DNA from: the human T2T-CHM13v2.0 reference genome, Homo sapiens
Assembly (NCBI RefSeq): GCF_009914755.1
Contig: NC_060931.1
DNA length: 64,000 nt
Direction: 5' to 3' (one strand)
Part shown: in pieces, positions 44,346 through 57,865 of the stretch
Layout: the number at the start of each line of letters is the position of its first letter
Position numbering within the stretch: the stretch's first letter is position 1
Program-made: the position numbers and the translations under genes
The notes under the pieces: generated by a model
What the model was told of the DNA's origin: nothing
The model's input: the letters and a program-made list of their open reading frames with translations, nothing else
Database searches by the model: none

Positions 44346-45234
44346 CTCTAGAATATTCTCTCTCATTCTTTCCCTCCTACCTTCTCCCCACCCCCTTTCT
44401 CTTCCTCTTTCTCATCGTTCTTTCCCCTTTTTCCTTGTTTCTTAAAAGGATGTGGGGCAACTTATAAAAATATATAGCATGTAACAAGATAAAATATAAT
44501 TAAATATAAGTAGGTCAAGCAATTGAATAAAAGATTGAAAAAAATAAGATGAAGCCAGAGTGAGATTAGTAAACTGAATGAACCAATGGATGTTTTAAAA
44601 ACTTCTAACATTTTGCTAGGAGTACAGTCTAAATTGAGACCTAAAATTTAGAGTGGCCAACACAGAGTCATGGTCAGTTACACAAAATAGTGTCTGTTCT
44701 TTGACGATATCTGTAAGTAGATGAAAAGTCTGATTAATGTATGTCTATAGGGGTTAGTTGAAGGTTAGCACTAGTTACAGGGGTTCCTTTTTTCTTTTTT
44801 TCCTGCTTTGGTTTGTTACATATGCAGATGGCTTGAAGTATTTGCTGATAAAAGTATGTTCCCCAGGGCTACTTCTGGACCTGGGTCTTCCAAGCAACTC
44901 TGCCTCCTTGCATTTGCAGAAATTTCTATTATTACTATTTCAGGTTGTTTCTAAGCCAGGCAAATTGTTTACTTATCTTTTAATGAGCACTGCCTCAGTC
45001 ATAAGCATAGCAGAAGGTAGAGGAGAATGACTCCCTCTTAACATGACTTTTCCAAGAGGGAGAATAATTATAGTTCTTAGAAGTAGGAAGAACTCTGGCT
45101 ATGAAAACTGAAAATTTTTTATTACAACAACATTAAGCCTATTACTGCCATATCCAGTAAGCCTTGAATCTCCCCTCCCTTTAATTGGTAGTTATTTTAG
45201 GAGTATAATCGATATGCAGAGTTGATTGTATTTA

Positions 45235-45415
45235 AGAAAAGTGGATCACAACCTTCAGTTTGATCAATAGCTCCTTTAGAGCTTTTTAAAAAGTCCATAT
45301 TCCCAGGCTATATATCTAGAGACTCTGAATTAGGAGGTCTAGGTCTAGGAATCGGTATTTTAATAATACTTGATAAAGGATTCTAATAAGTTGTGGGTTA
45401 GAAATTTGCTGTTTT
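45235..45415 (+). mobile_element. MER5-like MITE
   Basis: GAGCTTTTTAAAAAG...TTCCCAGGC...AGAGACTCTGAATTAGGAGGTCT...GGAATCGGTATTTT. Confidence 0.6.
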
Positions 45416-45639
45416 AGACCTCATTGTATGACTGACATACCACTTCGAATGCGGAGGAGTCTGCTGAACCAAAGGTTATCCTTTAGTAAACCCAAGTCTA
45501 GAAGGTAGGCCAATGGTGGGATTCTGGCCTTATTGAGTCCCCACCGATTTGCAGTATTGTGTTGTATGCAGTCTGTAAGCATCCCAGGTGGTGTGTGCTG
45601 GGCTTCCAGATTTGCTTTTCTTCATTGCTGAAGTGAGAG

Positions 45640-45870
45640 GCCCCGTGGCACCTTGGAAAGCATGTTCAGCCTTGGAGTCTGGAGTCCTGAGCTCAAGTTC
45701 TGTCTCTATTATGTATTAATTCTGTAATTGGAAACAAGTCAAGTAGCATTTCTGAGTTTGCTTGCTTTTATAAGGGAGATAAAAGTTACATTTTCTATCT
45801 CCTAAGGTTGTTGTGAGGGTTCTGTCATATAACCCATGAAAGTGATTTGTGAACTGTCAAGTGATCTGTA
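45640..45870 (+). mobile_element. MIR SINE
   Basis: CCTTGGAGTCTGGAGTCCTGAGCTCAAGTTC...AAGGTTGTTGTGAGGG. Confidence 0.75.
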
Positions 45871-47351
45871 TATAGAAAGAATTATTTTTAATGAAATGTT
45901 TTCTCATCAGTGAATTGACAGTCTCTTGTTGATAGAGAAACTACAGTCATGTGTGGGTTTTCTGGCTTGTCATTTCACAGCCAGCACTGCAGTGGTGGGG
46001 TAGTAGAACTATGTAGGAATATCATAGAGGCTGTATCAGGGGTTAGCAGGACCAGAATAGCTAGGGGCACCACAAAATCTCAAGGACTGAGGCAGTTACC
46101 TACTGTCTGATCATCCCCAGCTTATAACAACTCCTCCTTCTCTGAGAAATGCAACTGGACACCAGTATATACACCATCTGGGCTGCTTCCTATATATCTA
46201 GGGATAGTCCATGACCCAACCTAAACTGAACCAAGCAGATTCTTCAAGAAGAAACTAGTCCTGGGTCATTAAGAGCATTGAATTGAGAATCCACATAGGA
46301 TCCTGGATGTTTGGAAGGAAGAGTTGAGAGTCAAAGTGTGGATCATTCCTGACAAGAGTTTCTCAAAGGGCATACCTATTCAGAATCTTTTTTTGCCATA
46401 AATTGTTGGTAGGCACAGCTTTTCCAGTGATTGAAAAAAATCTAAAATCTATGAACATGTCTTCATGCTGAGAGAAACATTTGCTCTTGTGTTGGTCATT
46501 TCCAGTAGCTTCTGAAAATAAGATCGAGGGAAAAAGATACCTGTTTGTGGCTAGTTTTGCTAAGTTCAGGGTCTAATCACCTTAGGAAGCTGTATGATGA
46601 CCAATCATACCAAGGTTGGAAAGGAGATAGAAGTAGTAGCTATCCTGTCCCAGCTGTATCTCTCATTCCCTGCTGTTTGAGGGAAAATTGGGCCAATGAT
46701 AGTATATCCCAAACAAATGGAAATAAAACTAAATATCACTAGTTTTATAACTTCGAGGATTCAAAATCCTCAAAGGAGAATTGAGGAGAGCTGATCTTTA
46801 GTATTTGCTTTCCTCTTGGTTCTCAGCACCCATTGTTCCCAGGATGCTTTCTGGCTGACTGCATCCTTTCCTTCTCCTCCCTAATCCTGACCCGACCTCT
46901 CTTTCAGCACACAGCATCATCCCAGATCAAATTCCACTTCTATTGCCTATTTCAGATTGTTTTTATGAAAGAATAGAGCAATATGATGAAATTAACTTGT
47001 ACTTCTATTTGCCATCAATTTGAGGTCATTTTAGATTTGGCTCAATACTGTGTTTAAGATGCTATGACCTTCTCTTTTCATTCTATTGCAAGAAACTCAA
47101 TTGTAAGCTGTGACTAGATACAGGAAAATAATGGATGTCTCTGCTGGCATATGCTCTGTAAAATATGCAGATTCTAAATATTAGTTTGATGTTCTTACTT
47201 TAGGGACTTCTCTCCCACAGGTTTATCCTATAAGTTGATTTTAATTTTATCATCATTATTTTGACTTATTATGCAAGATTCAATAATTGCATAATATTGA
47301 ATAATATTTGCATAAATATTGAATAATAATTGCCTAATATTGCAAATATTG

Positions 47352-47383
47352 CAAGCAACAGAGAAAAGATTCTCTGTTGCTTG
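47352..47383. repeat. Perfect 14-bp inverted repeat, 4-nt loop
   Basis: CAAGCAACAGAGAA-AAGA-TTCTCTGTTGCTTG. Confidence 0.95.
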
Positions 47384-49436
47384 ATGTAAAATACCCTATG
47401 TTATCTAATGAGGTGAAATTTATGTAATTCTCTCAATTATTCCCCTTAAAATATGATTAGGATCTGAAGGAGATCATTTTATAAAATCAAAGCTTGTTGG
47501 TTTCAAAATCTTACTTTTGTTTTTCTCCAGGAAACAAAGTCCCAGGATATCTGGATGGTTGATTTGAATCCTTCAATCTTCTTGGGGAGACATTGCATCA
47601 TATTAAGGGTTCGGCCTCAAACTTTGTAGAGAAAAGAGTTAGGTCAGTTTTCTGATTAGGCAGAATGTGGAACCCAAGAGACTTGAAGCTGCTAAAATAA
47701 TTGTTATTTGAGTATCTATTATGATATTTTCTTGAACAAGTTGACTTTAGTTAATTTCAGATCTGGAACAACTAGTTGATTACTAATTTAGGAGAAAGTC
47801 AACCTTACTGACTCATTCCTCCTGAAATTTGCATACCTAAATCCTGTGTTGATAAATTAGACTCAAGAGTTATTATGCTGTGCCACTAATTTAACTTTTC
47901 AGCAGATTTTAAAATTGATGAACCCAAGCATTTTCTTCTGAAATTTATTGTAAAAAGTCACGTCCATAGAGTAAAAGCTTGTTTTCCTTGCCTGTATTTT
48001 CTCCCTAAGGAAGCCATGTGATTCATTCAGTGTTTATAATAGTTACTGACTGATCAGTGAAAATGAGGCAGGAGGGTGGACTTGAGCTCTACTTCTCTGG
48101 TTTGCATTAAAAGCATTCTTTATTTAAAATGGTATTTTACTAACGAATTAACTTGAACATATCTCAGGAACAGGTCAGAGTGGAAGAGGTTAATGCGTTT
48201 CAGTAAGGATTCCTGAAGATGATTTGTGTGTATTTGTGTGTTTCGAGATCCTTAGGGGACCTTGTAGTAAAATATTCAGGAGGCTTTCTATCTTTTATTT
48301 AAGGCTGAATATTCAAGAATTTGCTTAAATAAATGTTTTCTTGTCTTGAATTTGGCCTTATAAATCATAGATAATATATATTTTTTCAGTCTGTTTGTGA
48401 GAAACCTGACGTTTTGATGCCAGAATTAAGTGAAAGAGAAGAGATAAGAGATAGCTGCTTCCTTTTGTTGTATGTCTATTAGGACTCACTGTTGCAATGG
48501 GGAACGCTCTTGGGAATGTTTTTCCAGGATAGACTTTGCATGAGGCCTGACTAATAGCCCACAGATGGCTAGGCTAAGCCATGATTAAAGTTCAATGGCT
48601 GCTCATGAAACAGAAAGATGCTAAACCTTCCTTGTATTCTTGACGTCATTAGCACCATGCCAAACAAACTGGCTTTTGTATATACCAGCAGGGTCATTTC
48701 CATACTGGGGAAAAAAAAAAGAAGAAAGAATAAAAGGGAGGAAGGAATGGGTACAAAGTCTTTGGGAATGGAAGTTGAGGGAGAATGGTTTTCAATATGT
48801 CCCTAAGCAGGCCAGCCACTGATGTTAATGATGGTTCTACACTGGCTGGGCCTGTGATTGGAGGAACTAAGATAGGGCCAGAGGTAGTGGCAGTATAGAG
48901 TTGGACATCACAGCCATACACAGTGTGAGGGAAGAAGGTAGAATCTGACTCTGGTCTAAGGGCAGGACACAGTACTATAATAACTGCATTCCTTCTTGTG
49001 TTGTAGGAATTGTAGAATTTGCATATTAAGAAATCTTACCGCTATAGTCCAAACCTTCCATTTTTCAGCTGAGAAATCATATATCCAGAACATTGAGGTA
49101 ACTTTCCTAAAATTATACATCTAGTTTTGACAGAGCTGTGACCAGAACATAACCACCCACCTTGCCAATCCCTTTCCTGTGGATATTATTATCTCTGGAC
49201 ACACTGTCTCTGTGACAGCAGGTTGTTCATGGCTGTAGTGAGAAATTGTTCAAGGAGTCTCACCATTCAATAAACATTCATTGAGTTGAACTCAATAAAT
49301 TTATAGATGCCAGGCATTGCTCTGGGTGCTGATGCTTTTAGAGTGACATAGTCATTGTTTTCATTTTTCCCTGTGACTTTAACTCTTGATGCTGCTTTTC
49401 TCTGCTTCTTTCTTTTTATTTTTTTAAAAATTTTTT

Positions 49437-49893
<457 letters not shown>

Positions 49894-51097
49894 CGACACT
49901 TTCTTTTTATCAGCACCTCTCTGAGACTCATTTTCACGGTTTACATTAGCTTGCTGTTAGTTCTTGATGGAGTGATGGTAATGGGTGAGGATGTCACTGG
50001 CAGTTGCAGGGGAGAAGGTGTCAGAGGTACCCTGAAGTGATTGCTTCCACTATATTAAAAGTCAAAAAATATTCACAAATGTTTATTTTCCTTAGTCTTT
50101 TAGAAAATCAAATGGGGCACTAATGGAGATGTTTTCACAGAGGAAGGAGAAACAATAAATCTTGGTTGTATTTAACTGTAAAAGCTGCCTCCTGATTAAG
50201 AATTTGCATATAAATTTCTCAAGAAATTTCAAAAAGGCAGAAGGTTTGGAAGTGAGCTTAGAACAGAATATCTTCATAACATGAAAAATAAATGAATATC
50301 TTTGTAGCATGAAAAATAGATGACTATTTTCCCGCAAACACTATGCTATTCATTTTTCTAAGACTCTCATGATATCCCAAATGCATATTTTGTAATCTTA
50401 ACATTTTGTAAAAAGCCAGAGGTAAGCATTCTTTATTTCTCTCTGCTCCAGAAGAAAGATATACCTCTACTACTTCAACTTGATAAGGAATATAAATATT
50501 ATGTTGACAAGGTTATGGCAGAAATTGATTTTATATAGAAACAAGCCACTTCAATAGCTCAGAGTTTGGAGTTAAAATTATCTTAGCATTTTGAAGAATT
50601 TTCCTATATATGAGACAATTACCTACCATTCTGATCAATGCAGGACTCAGTTCATAGTCCAGGAACATCTGATTTTTTTATCTTCAGGAAAATTCTACAA
50701 GTATCAATGTAATTTGACAATTCTATATAGGTTTAGCCTTCATGGAAGGGCTGTTGAGATGTAATATTAGTTGTTAATTGTTAGACCTTGTGTTCACTAT
50801 GTTCTATGATGTAAGATTAGTTGTTCACTTATAGACATTGTATTCACAGAATGTTGGGGATGGCTTACATGGTTGCTGCAGGGGGAGATTATATTCTACT
50901 CATCTAACCAACATCTTTCACAGGGAAAAAAATGATGTAGAAAAGGAGAAGCTTGCTGTGGCTCAGCATAATTTTGTTCATTTTTTCCTTATTGACACAC
51001 TAGTATTTAATTTGTTTTTTTTTAACTCTTCAAATATTTTTGAACTTGTTTTAATGATTTATCCCAGGATGAGGAAGAATATTTTGTTAGGGGTAGA

Positions 51098-51590
51098 TGC
51101 AGTAGACTAGAATAATACTCCCTCTGCTCCACCCCTCATCCCTAGAGCCTGTCAATATGTTACCATCCTTGGCAAATGGGATTTTGTAGATGTGATTAAG
51201 TTAGTGGGAGATTCCTGGGTTATCTGGGTGGGCCCAAACCAATCACATGGTTTCTTAACAGTGGAGAACTTTTCTAGGCTGTGATCAAAAGGAGATGCAA
51301 TGATGGGAGAAAGGTCAGAGAGATGCTGTGTTGCCAGCTTTGAATATGAAAGAAGGGGGCCATGAACCAGGGAATGGCAGGGGCCTCTAGCGCTGGAAGA
51401 GGTGAGGATGACGATGACCAGTAGGGCCTTCAGAAAGGCACACAGCCTTGTGAACACCTTGATTTCAGCCCAATGTGACTATGCCAGACTTCTGACCTTC
51501 AGGACTGTGAGATCATGAATGTGTGTTGTTTGAAGTCAAATTACCTAATTTGTGATAATTTAGTTACTGCAGCAATAGAAAACCAATACA
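51098..51590 (+). mobile_element. MLT1D-type LTR
   Basis: ATATGTTACC...GGATTTTGTAGATGTGATTAAG...GGTTATCTGGGTGGGCCC...GCAGCAATAGAAAACCAATACA. Confidence 0.88.
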
Positions 51591-51673
51591 ATAGAGACCA
51601 GATTTAACAAGAGAAAAGGCAGGGTGGGATGACTGGATGGAGAAGTGGTAAGGGACTAGCAGTGGAGCCTGGG

Positions 51674-51979
51674 TTTTTCTTTTTCTATATATATATTTTT
51701 AAACAGTCTTGCTCTGTCACCCAGGTTGGAATGCAGTGGCACTCTCTCAGCTCACTGAAACCTCTGCCTCCCGGGTTCAAGTGATTTCCCTGCCTCAGCC
51801 TCCCGAGTAGCTGGGACTACAGGCGCATGCCACCATGCCTGGCTAATTTTTATATTTTTAGTGGAGATGGGGTTTCGCCATATTGGCCAGGCTGGTCTTG
51901 AACTCCTGGCCTCAAGTGGTTTGCCCACCTCAGCCTCCCAAGGTCCCGGGATTACAGGCATGAGCCACCATGCCTGGCT
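51674..51979 (-). mobile_element. Alu (S/Jb-like)
   Basis: Full Alu body on the minus strand. Confidence 0.94.
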
Positions 51980-52956
51980 TGGAGTTTTCAAATTAAGGTT
52001 TTCATAGATGATTTGAAATTAGGATTACATGATGAAACTTCAGGTGTCCTCATAATTGTGCACTTTTCTAGCTAGTGAAATGTCAAATTTCAGCAGCAAA
52101 CTGAAGGAGAATCTCAACTAAAGTGGGAGGTGAGCTTCCATGAGGGCAAGTAGCCAACAATAACTTGAGAGGAAAATGGCCCACGTGATGTAGTAACAAT
52201 ACCATTCACTTAGGTGCTTTATGATCTGTTTGAGCTTCTGCCCTGGTATCTTTAAATACAGTTTTTGCATCTAGTTACCAAGTGTTGCTAGGGCAACACA
52301 GACAAAAGACTTTTACATTAACCTCAGGCATTGTTTGCCTATTAAACACATCTGGAACTGGTGTAGAATAGCAAAGGAGGGTTAAGATGCCTTGCAATAG
52401 TACAGTTTTTTGTTTTTGTTTTTGTTTTTCTTACATGAGCAGAACGTTTTAGTTGGGAGAAAGAGATTCTGGATACAGGCTGACATGATTTTCCTTAGAA
52501 TTAACCCAGAGAGAAATAGATCCCTTAGAAGCTGTACCATTTTACCTGAGATAAGAATGCCTGTAGGGATGAGTGGCTGATACCATAAGGTATATAAAGC
52601 TATAGAAATATCATGGAATATCTTCCTGGAAGTCAGTTAATTAATTGAATAATTTTGATAAAAACATTCCTTTAATGTGAAACAGCAAATTATGAAATAG
52701 AAGGCATGATTTGCACTAATATTTAAAGCAAAGACTTTAAAGGAATTTCATGTTGCCACATACTATAGAAGTTCACCCTCTTCTGTTCTTAGAATAGGAA
52801 GAAAGCTTCAGGAAGCACTGGTGAAAGGCAAATAAATAACACCTTACCATGATACCTTCATTTCACAGATTCCTCCTTCCACAGAGCATCACAAATGACT
52901 GAGCTTTTCTAGATATTTACTTCTTTATTAAAAAAATTTCATTGGTATAAATTTAG

Positions 52957-53575
<619 letters not shown>

Positions 53576-53664
53576 CTTGAATATTGTATTACAGCTGGGA
53601 TATACCGTGCAGGCCAGTGTATTGTTATTTATGTAATAAACAATATATTATTTTTACATGCAAT

Positions 53665-53941
53665 ATTATCAGATGAAAGTCTTTATATTTGTAAATATCT
53701 CTTGACATTTAAGTCTCTTGTGGGAAACATATCTACCCAGCAAATTAGTTTATTTGCTTATTTAAGTGTATGTTTTGGTGCTAGATTATACTGAAAGATT
53801 ATGTTACCTCCTAGGAATCCTACTGAGATGTTTTATGGCTCAGATGAACATTTAATGGTTATCTTGCTTTACGTTTTTTCTAAGCTAAAAATTTTACGGC
53901 TATTAAGCTATAGCAGAACCATTTGGCATCATGGTTGTCTA
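53665..53941 (+). repeat. Direct local duplication, copy 1 (copy 2 at 55838-56111)
   Basis: About 277 bp at about 85% identity, including long shared runs such as TTATATTTGTAAATATCTCTTGACATTTAAG and AGATGTTTTATGGCTCAGATGAACATTT. Confidence 0.95.
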
Positions 53942-54550
53942 GTGAAGTCTGGACTTTTGGTGTACCTGTTACCCAAATAGTTTACATGGCACCCATTAAA
54001 TAATTTTTCATCCCTCACGCCCTCCCACCCTTCCTAGTCTTCAATGTCTCTTATTCCACATTCTATGTCCACGTGTATGTATTATTTAGCTCCCACTTGT
54101 AAGAGAACATGCGGTATTTGGCTTCCTGTTGCTTAATTATTGGAACTGGAGGCCATCATCTTAAGTGAAATAACTCGGAAACAGAAAGTCAAATAGATCT
54201 TTACTTCTAAATTATAAACTGAAGTGTGTCCTATGAACTGGTCTACCTTGCAGCATTGAACTGTAGGGTATATATATGCTACACAACTTGTCCTGAACTT
54301 TTCTCTCCAGAGTAGCTCCTACTTATCTGTCATTCATCTTCTGTTAGAGCCAAGCCAAACTGTTCAGTGACCTCATGTGCCTTGGTGTGTTCTCCAGGCC
54401 TGCCCATCTCTGCATGTCTCAATCTAGCTTGCCATGAGGCCCTGCTCAGAGGCCATCTACTCCCAGAGGCCTTTCCAGACTCTCCCAGCAAGTGCTCTCT
54501 CTGTCTATGAATGCCTACACTTTATATCCCTTTACTTCTTCCTAGGGTAC

Positions 54551-55190
54551 TGTCTTGGGTTAGGTTTCCAGGGAAGCCGACTCTACGAGGAAGGTTGGTG
54601 TGCAGGAAGTCTAGTGGGTGTGTTCTTTGGGATGAATGACTAAAGAAGGGAAGGAAGCAAGACTGGGCAGAGGGAGAAGTTAGGCTGGGATACAATCCTA
54701 ATGAAAACCGCAGTTGACCCAAAGGGCAGCTCTGGAATGAGGATGACCCTCACAGTTGTTCCAAGTTAAGGTGAGGAGGTTGTGCCTGTACCCCTTTGCT
54801 TAGAGCAGTTGTTGGCTCTGGCTGCCTGGGAATAAGGTTGCTAGGTTTAGCAAATAAAATTATACAATGCCCAATTAAATTTGATTCTCAGATCAGCAAT
54901 GAATAATTTTTTAGTATGAATGTGTTCCATGCAATATTTGGGACATACTTATGCTGTAAATAATTTGTTGTTGATCAGACATTTAAATTTGAATTAACTA
55001 AGTATCCTATATTTTATTTAGCAACACTACCCAGGAAGGAGCATGGCCATGGCCCAAGTAATTCTCTTCAGGAGGGGCAATCCCCAAAGAGGCTGGCAGA
55101 GGAGAGATGAAAGTGGGCAGCATGCCTAGCAGTTGGGGGATACAAGTTCTTCAGTCTTGACAGGGGATCTGTGCTGTGCACCACAACATT
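54551..55190 (-). mobile_element. LTR16/LTR33-type ERVL LTR interrupted by MER53
   Basis: TGTCTTGGGTTAGGTTTCCAGGGAAGCCGACTCT...GGAAGCAAGACTGGGCAGAGGGAGAAGTT. Confidence 0.75.
54833..55029 (+). mobile_element. MER53 palindromic hAT MITE
   Basis: TAAGGTTGCTAGGTTTAGCAAATAAAA...TTCCATGCAATATTTGGGACATACTTAT...TTTAGCAACACTA; TSD CCTGGGAA/CCCAGGAA. Confidence 0.92.
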
Positions 55191-55317
55191 TCCCCTGGGC
55201 ACAAATCCCTTCCCATTTTACGTGGTCATTAGTTGTCAATGTGAGAGTCAGGTTGGTGTATGTGGGCTTTTAGGAATCAAATTATAATATTTGGTGGGAA
55301 TAAAACAAGGAGGTTTA

Positions 55318-55624
<307 letters not shown>

Positions 55625-55837
55625 TTACTCTCTCTCATTTTAAAAAAGAACTAGTACCAGGTGAAGATGAGGTAGATGAATGGCCTCCAGTTCCCCAGTT
55701 CCCAAGGGGAAAAAAAAAGATATTCTCCTATATGCCAAATATATATATATATATATTTGTCAGCAACCAGAACTGACCTGAATTGACAACTGGTACTGTT
55801 ATATAATAGTTTCACAAAGAATAGATACAGAGCAATT

Positions 55838-56111
55838 ATTATCAAATGAAAGTTCTTATATTTGTAAATATCTCTTGACATTTAAGCCCCTTGTGGAAAA
55901 CATATCTACTTAGCAAGTTAGCTTATTTGCTTATTTAAGTATATGTTTTACAGCTGGAATATACTAAAAGGTTATGTTATCTCATGGAGGTCTTACTAAG
56001 ATGTTTTATGGCTCAGATGAACATTTGGCTATCTTGTTTTAAATTTTTTCTAAGCTAAAATTCGTATGGCTATTAAACTATGGCAGAAACATTTGGTGTC
56101 ATGGTTGTCTA
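55838..56111 (+). repeat. Direct local duplication, copy 2 (probable source)
   Basis: Aligns to 53665-53941. Confidence 0.95.
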
Positions 56112-56619
56112 ACGGCCTTTATGTTAACATGAACAGCTAATCTTTTTCTGAGAAAGAACTTGGCTCTGGCTGGGGGTTATCCCTTGGCCTGTCTCTGCAG
56201 GGAGGCGACAAAACTTATTTTCAGGCATATGTCATTTTTCAGTCTCTTCGTTCTAATTTCTTACCCAGTTTAGATGAGCCAAATCATACAGCTGTGCACT
56301 TCACAGGAACATAGAATACCTGCTTTCCAAATGCTTTTAGGGAATATAAACCCAGTTTGTGGCTTTATCATAACAATCAAATCTATATTTATGAAGGATT
56401 GTTTAAAAATTTGCAGTTTATGGGTTCCTTTAGATATTATGAAGTCTGTATCTTGACCGCTGAAAGCTATAGTCTTATATCACATTGTTTTGACTTCTAT
56501 AGACTTGCTTTTGGTAAATTATATTTTAACTTTATCCTTTGTTTACCTTGAAGAATATTATGCAAAAGAATTCTGTGAATCCTGCCAATAATAATGATAA
56601 TAATAATGCTGTTGATAAT

Positions 56620-56880
56620 TTATGTATTCATTATTCAATAAATATGTATTGAACAATTTCTACATGCAAGATTATCTTCTAAGCCCTGGAATACCAATGA
56701 ATGAGATAGGCAAAAATCTCTGTGTTTATTCTATTTATATTTAAGTTAGTGGGGAGAAGACAGATTACAAAAAGGGAAAGAAAATGAGAGTTGATGATAA
56801 GTGCTACAGGAAAAAATAAAGCAAGGGAGGGAGTTGGGGTGTTGCAATTTTAAATAGGCTGGCCAGTGAAGGTGTCCTGA
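56620..56880 (-). mobile_element. L2a 3' end
   Basis: TTCAATAAATATGTATTGAAC...GATGATAAGTGCTACAGGAAAAAATAAAGCAAGG. Confidence 0.8.
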
Positions 56881-57291
56881 TGATACCTAGTATGACACAC
56901 ATGCTTTTGCTTAGTATTTTACATGAGGGAGTTCATTATGTAATCCCGTGAAGTGTTCATTATATTACAAGCTGTCCTCTTTATGAGGACTCATGGGAGA
57001 ACTTGCACTTCGATGTTAGAACTAGCAGTAGTCGGGCTTCTCTTGAGTGACTGGTTTCTTTTTATCTTCTGGGCACCAAGAATCATGTAACAGATCACGG
57101 TTGCCTCTTTGTTAAGCTTATAAGGAAACTTAACACTTTGGCATGAACTGGGAGTACTGACCTTACTCTTGGCTTTACCTTACCTTTTCAATCTCATTTT
57201 AGCCTTTGTCCCAATTGACTCACCTACTTACTTGACATTTTATTTTATGCTATGTTGTTATATTTACTTTGGTAAGCTTCCTTAAATATTT

Positions 57292-57471
57292 TTTGAACAA
57301 AGTAAGGCATGAATAGATATAAACGCCCACATAATTACATGCACACACAATACACACACACATACATACATACATCATTATGTGACAATATAGTACATCT
57401 TATTTCAGTGTACCTTGAACCTGGAGTTCTTATCTGAAAAAGTTTTTTTATGCTTCATGGTGTTCCTTTAT
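57292..57471 (+). repeat. Direct local duplication, copy 1 (copy 2 at 58951-59142)
   Basis: GTAAGGCATGAATA...CACATAATTACATGCACACACAATACACA...CTGGAGTTCTT...GTGTTCCTTTAT shared. Confidence 0.93.
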
Positions 57472-57865
57472 AAGTGCTCCATAAATATTTATGGAATAAC
57501 AGTTTTAGTAGTGGTTATAATTTAAATGAGAAAGATACTCATGGTATCTTAAGAGTTTTTCCATTTGAATATCAAACGAACTATTGCTGAAGTTTAATTT
57601 TTAAAATCATTATATGTAAAATATAAGCTCTTTAATATAAAGATGTGGGGAAATTTGAAATGTAATATGTAATTATGACTCTTCTAAACCTCTTTCTAAA
57701 AGTTTTCAATAACTAAGTTTTAATAATTCTGGATAACAGAATCCTTTGAAACCTATCACCCTCCAGGGAAATTTGGTTACACATAAAAATTGCATAATTG
57801 TATTAAAGAAGTTAGCGACACACCAAAGCCCATCCATCAACCAACCTTAGGTTATGAACCCCTGC

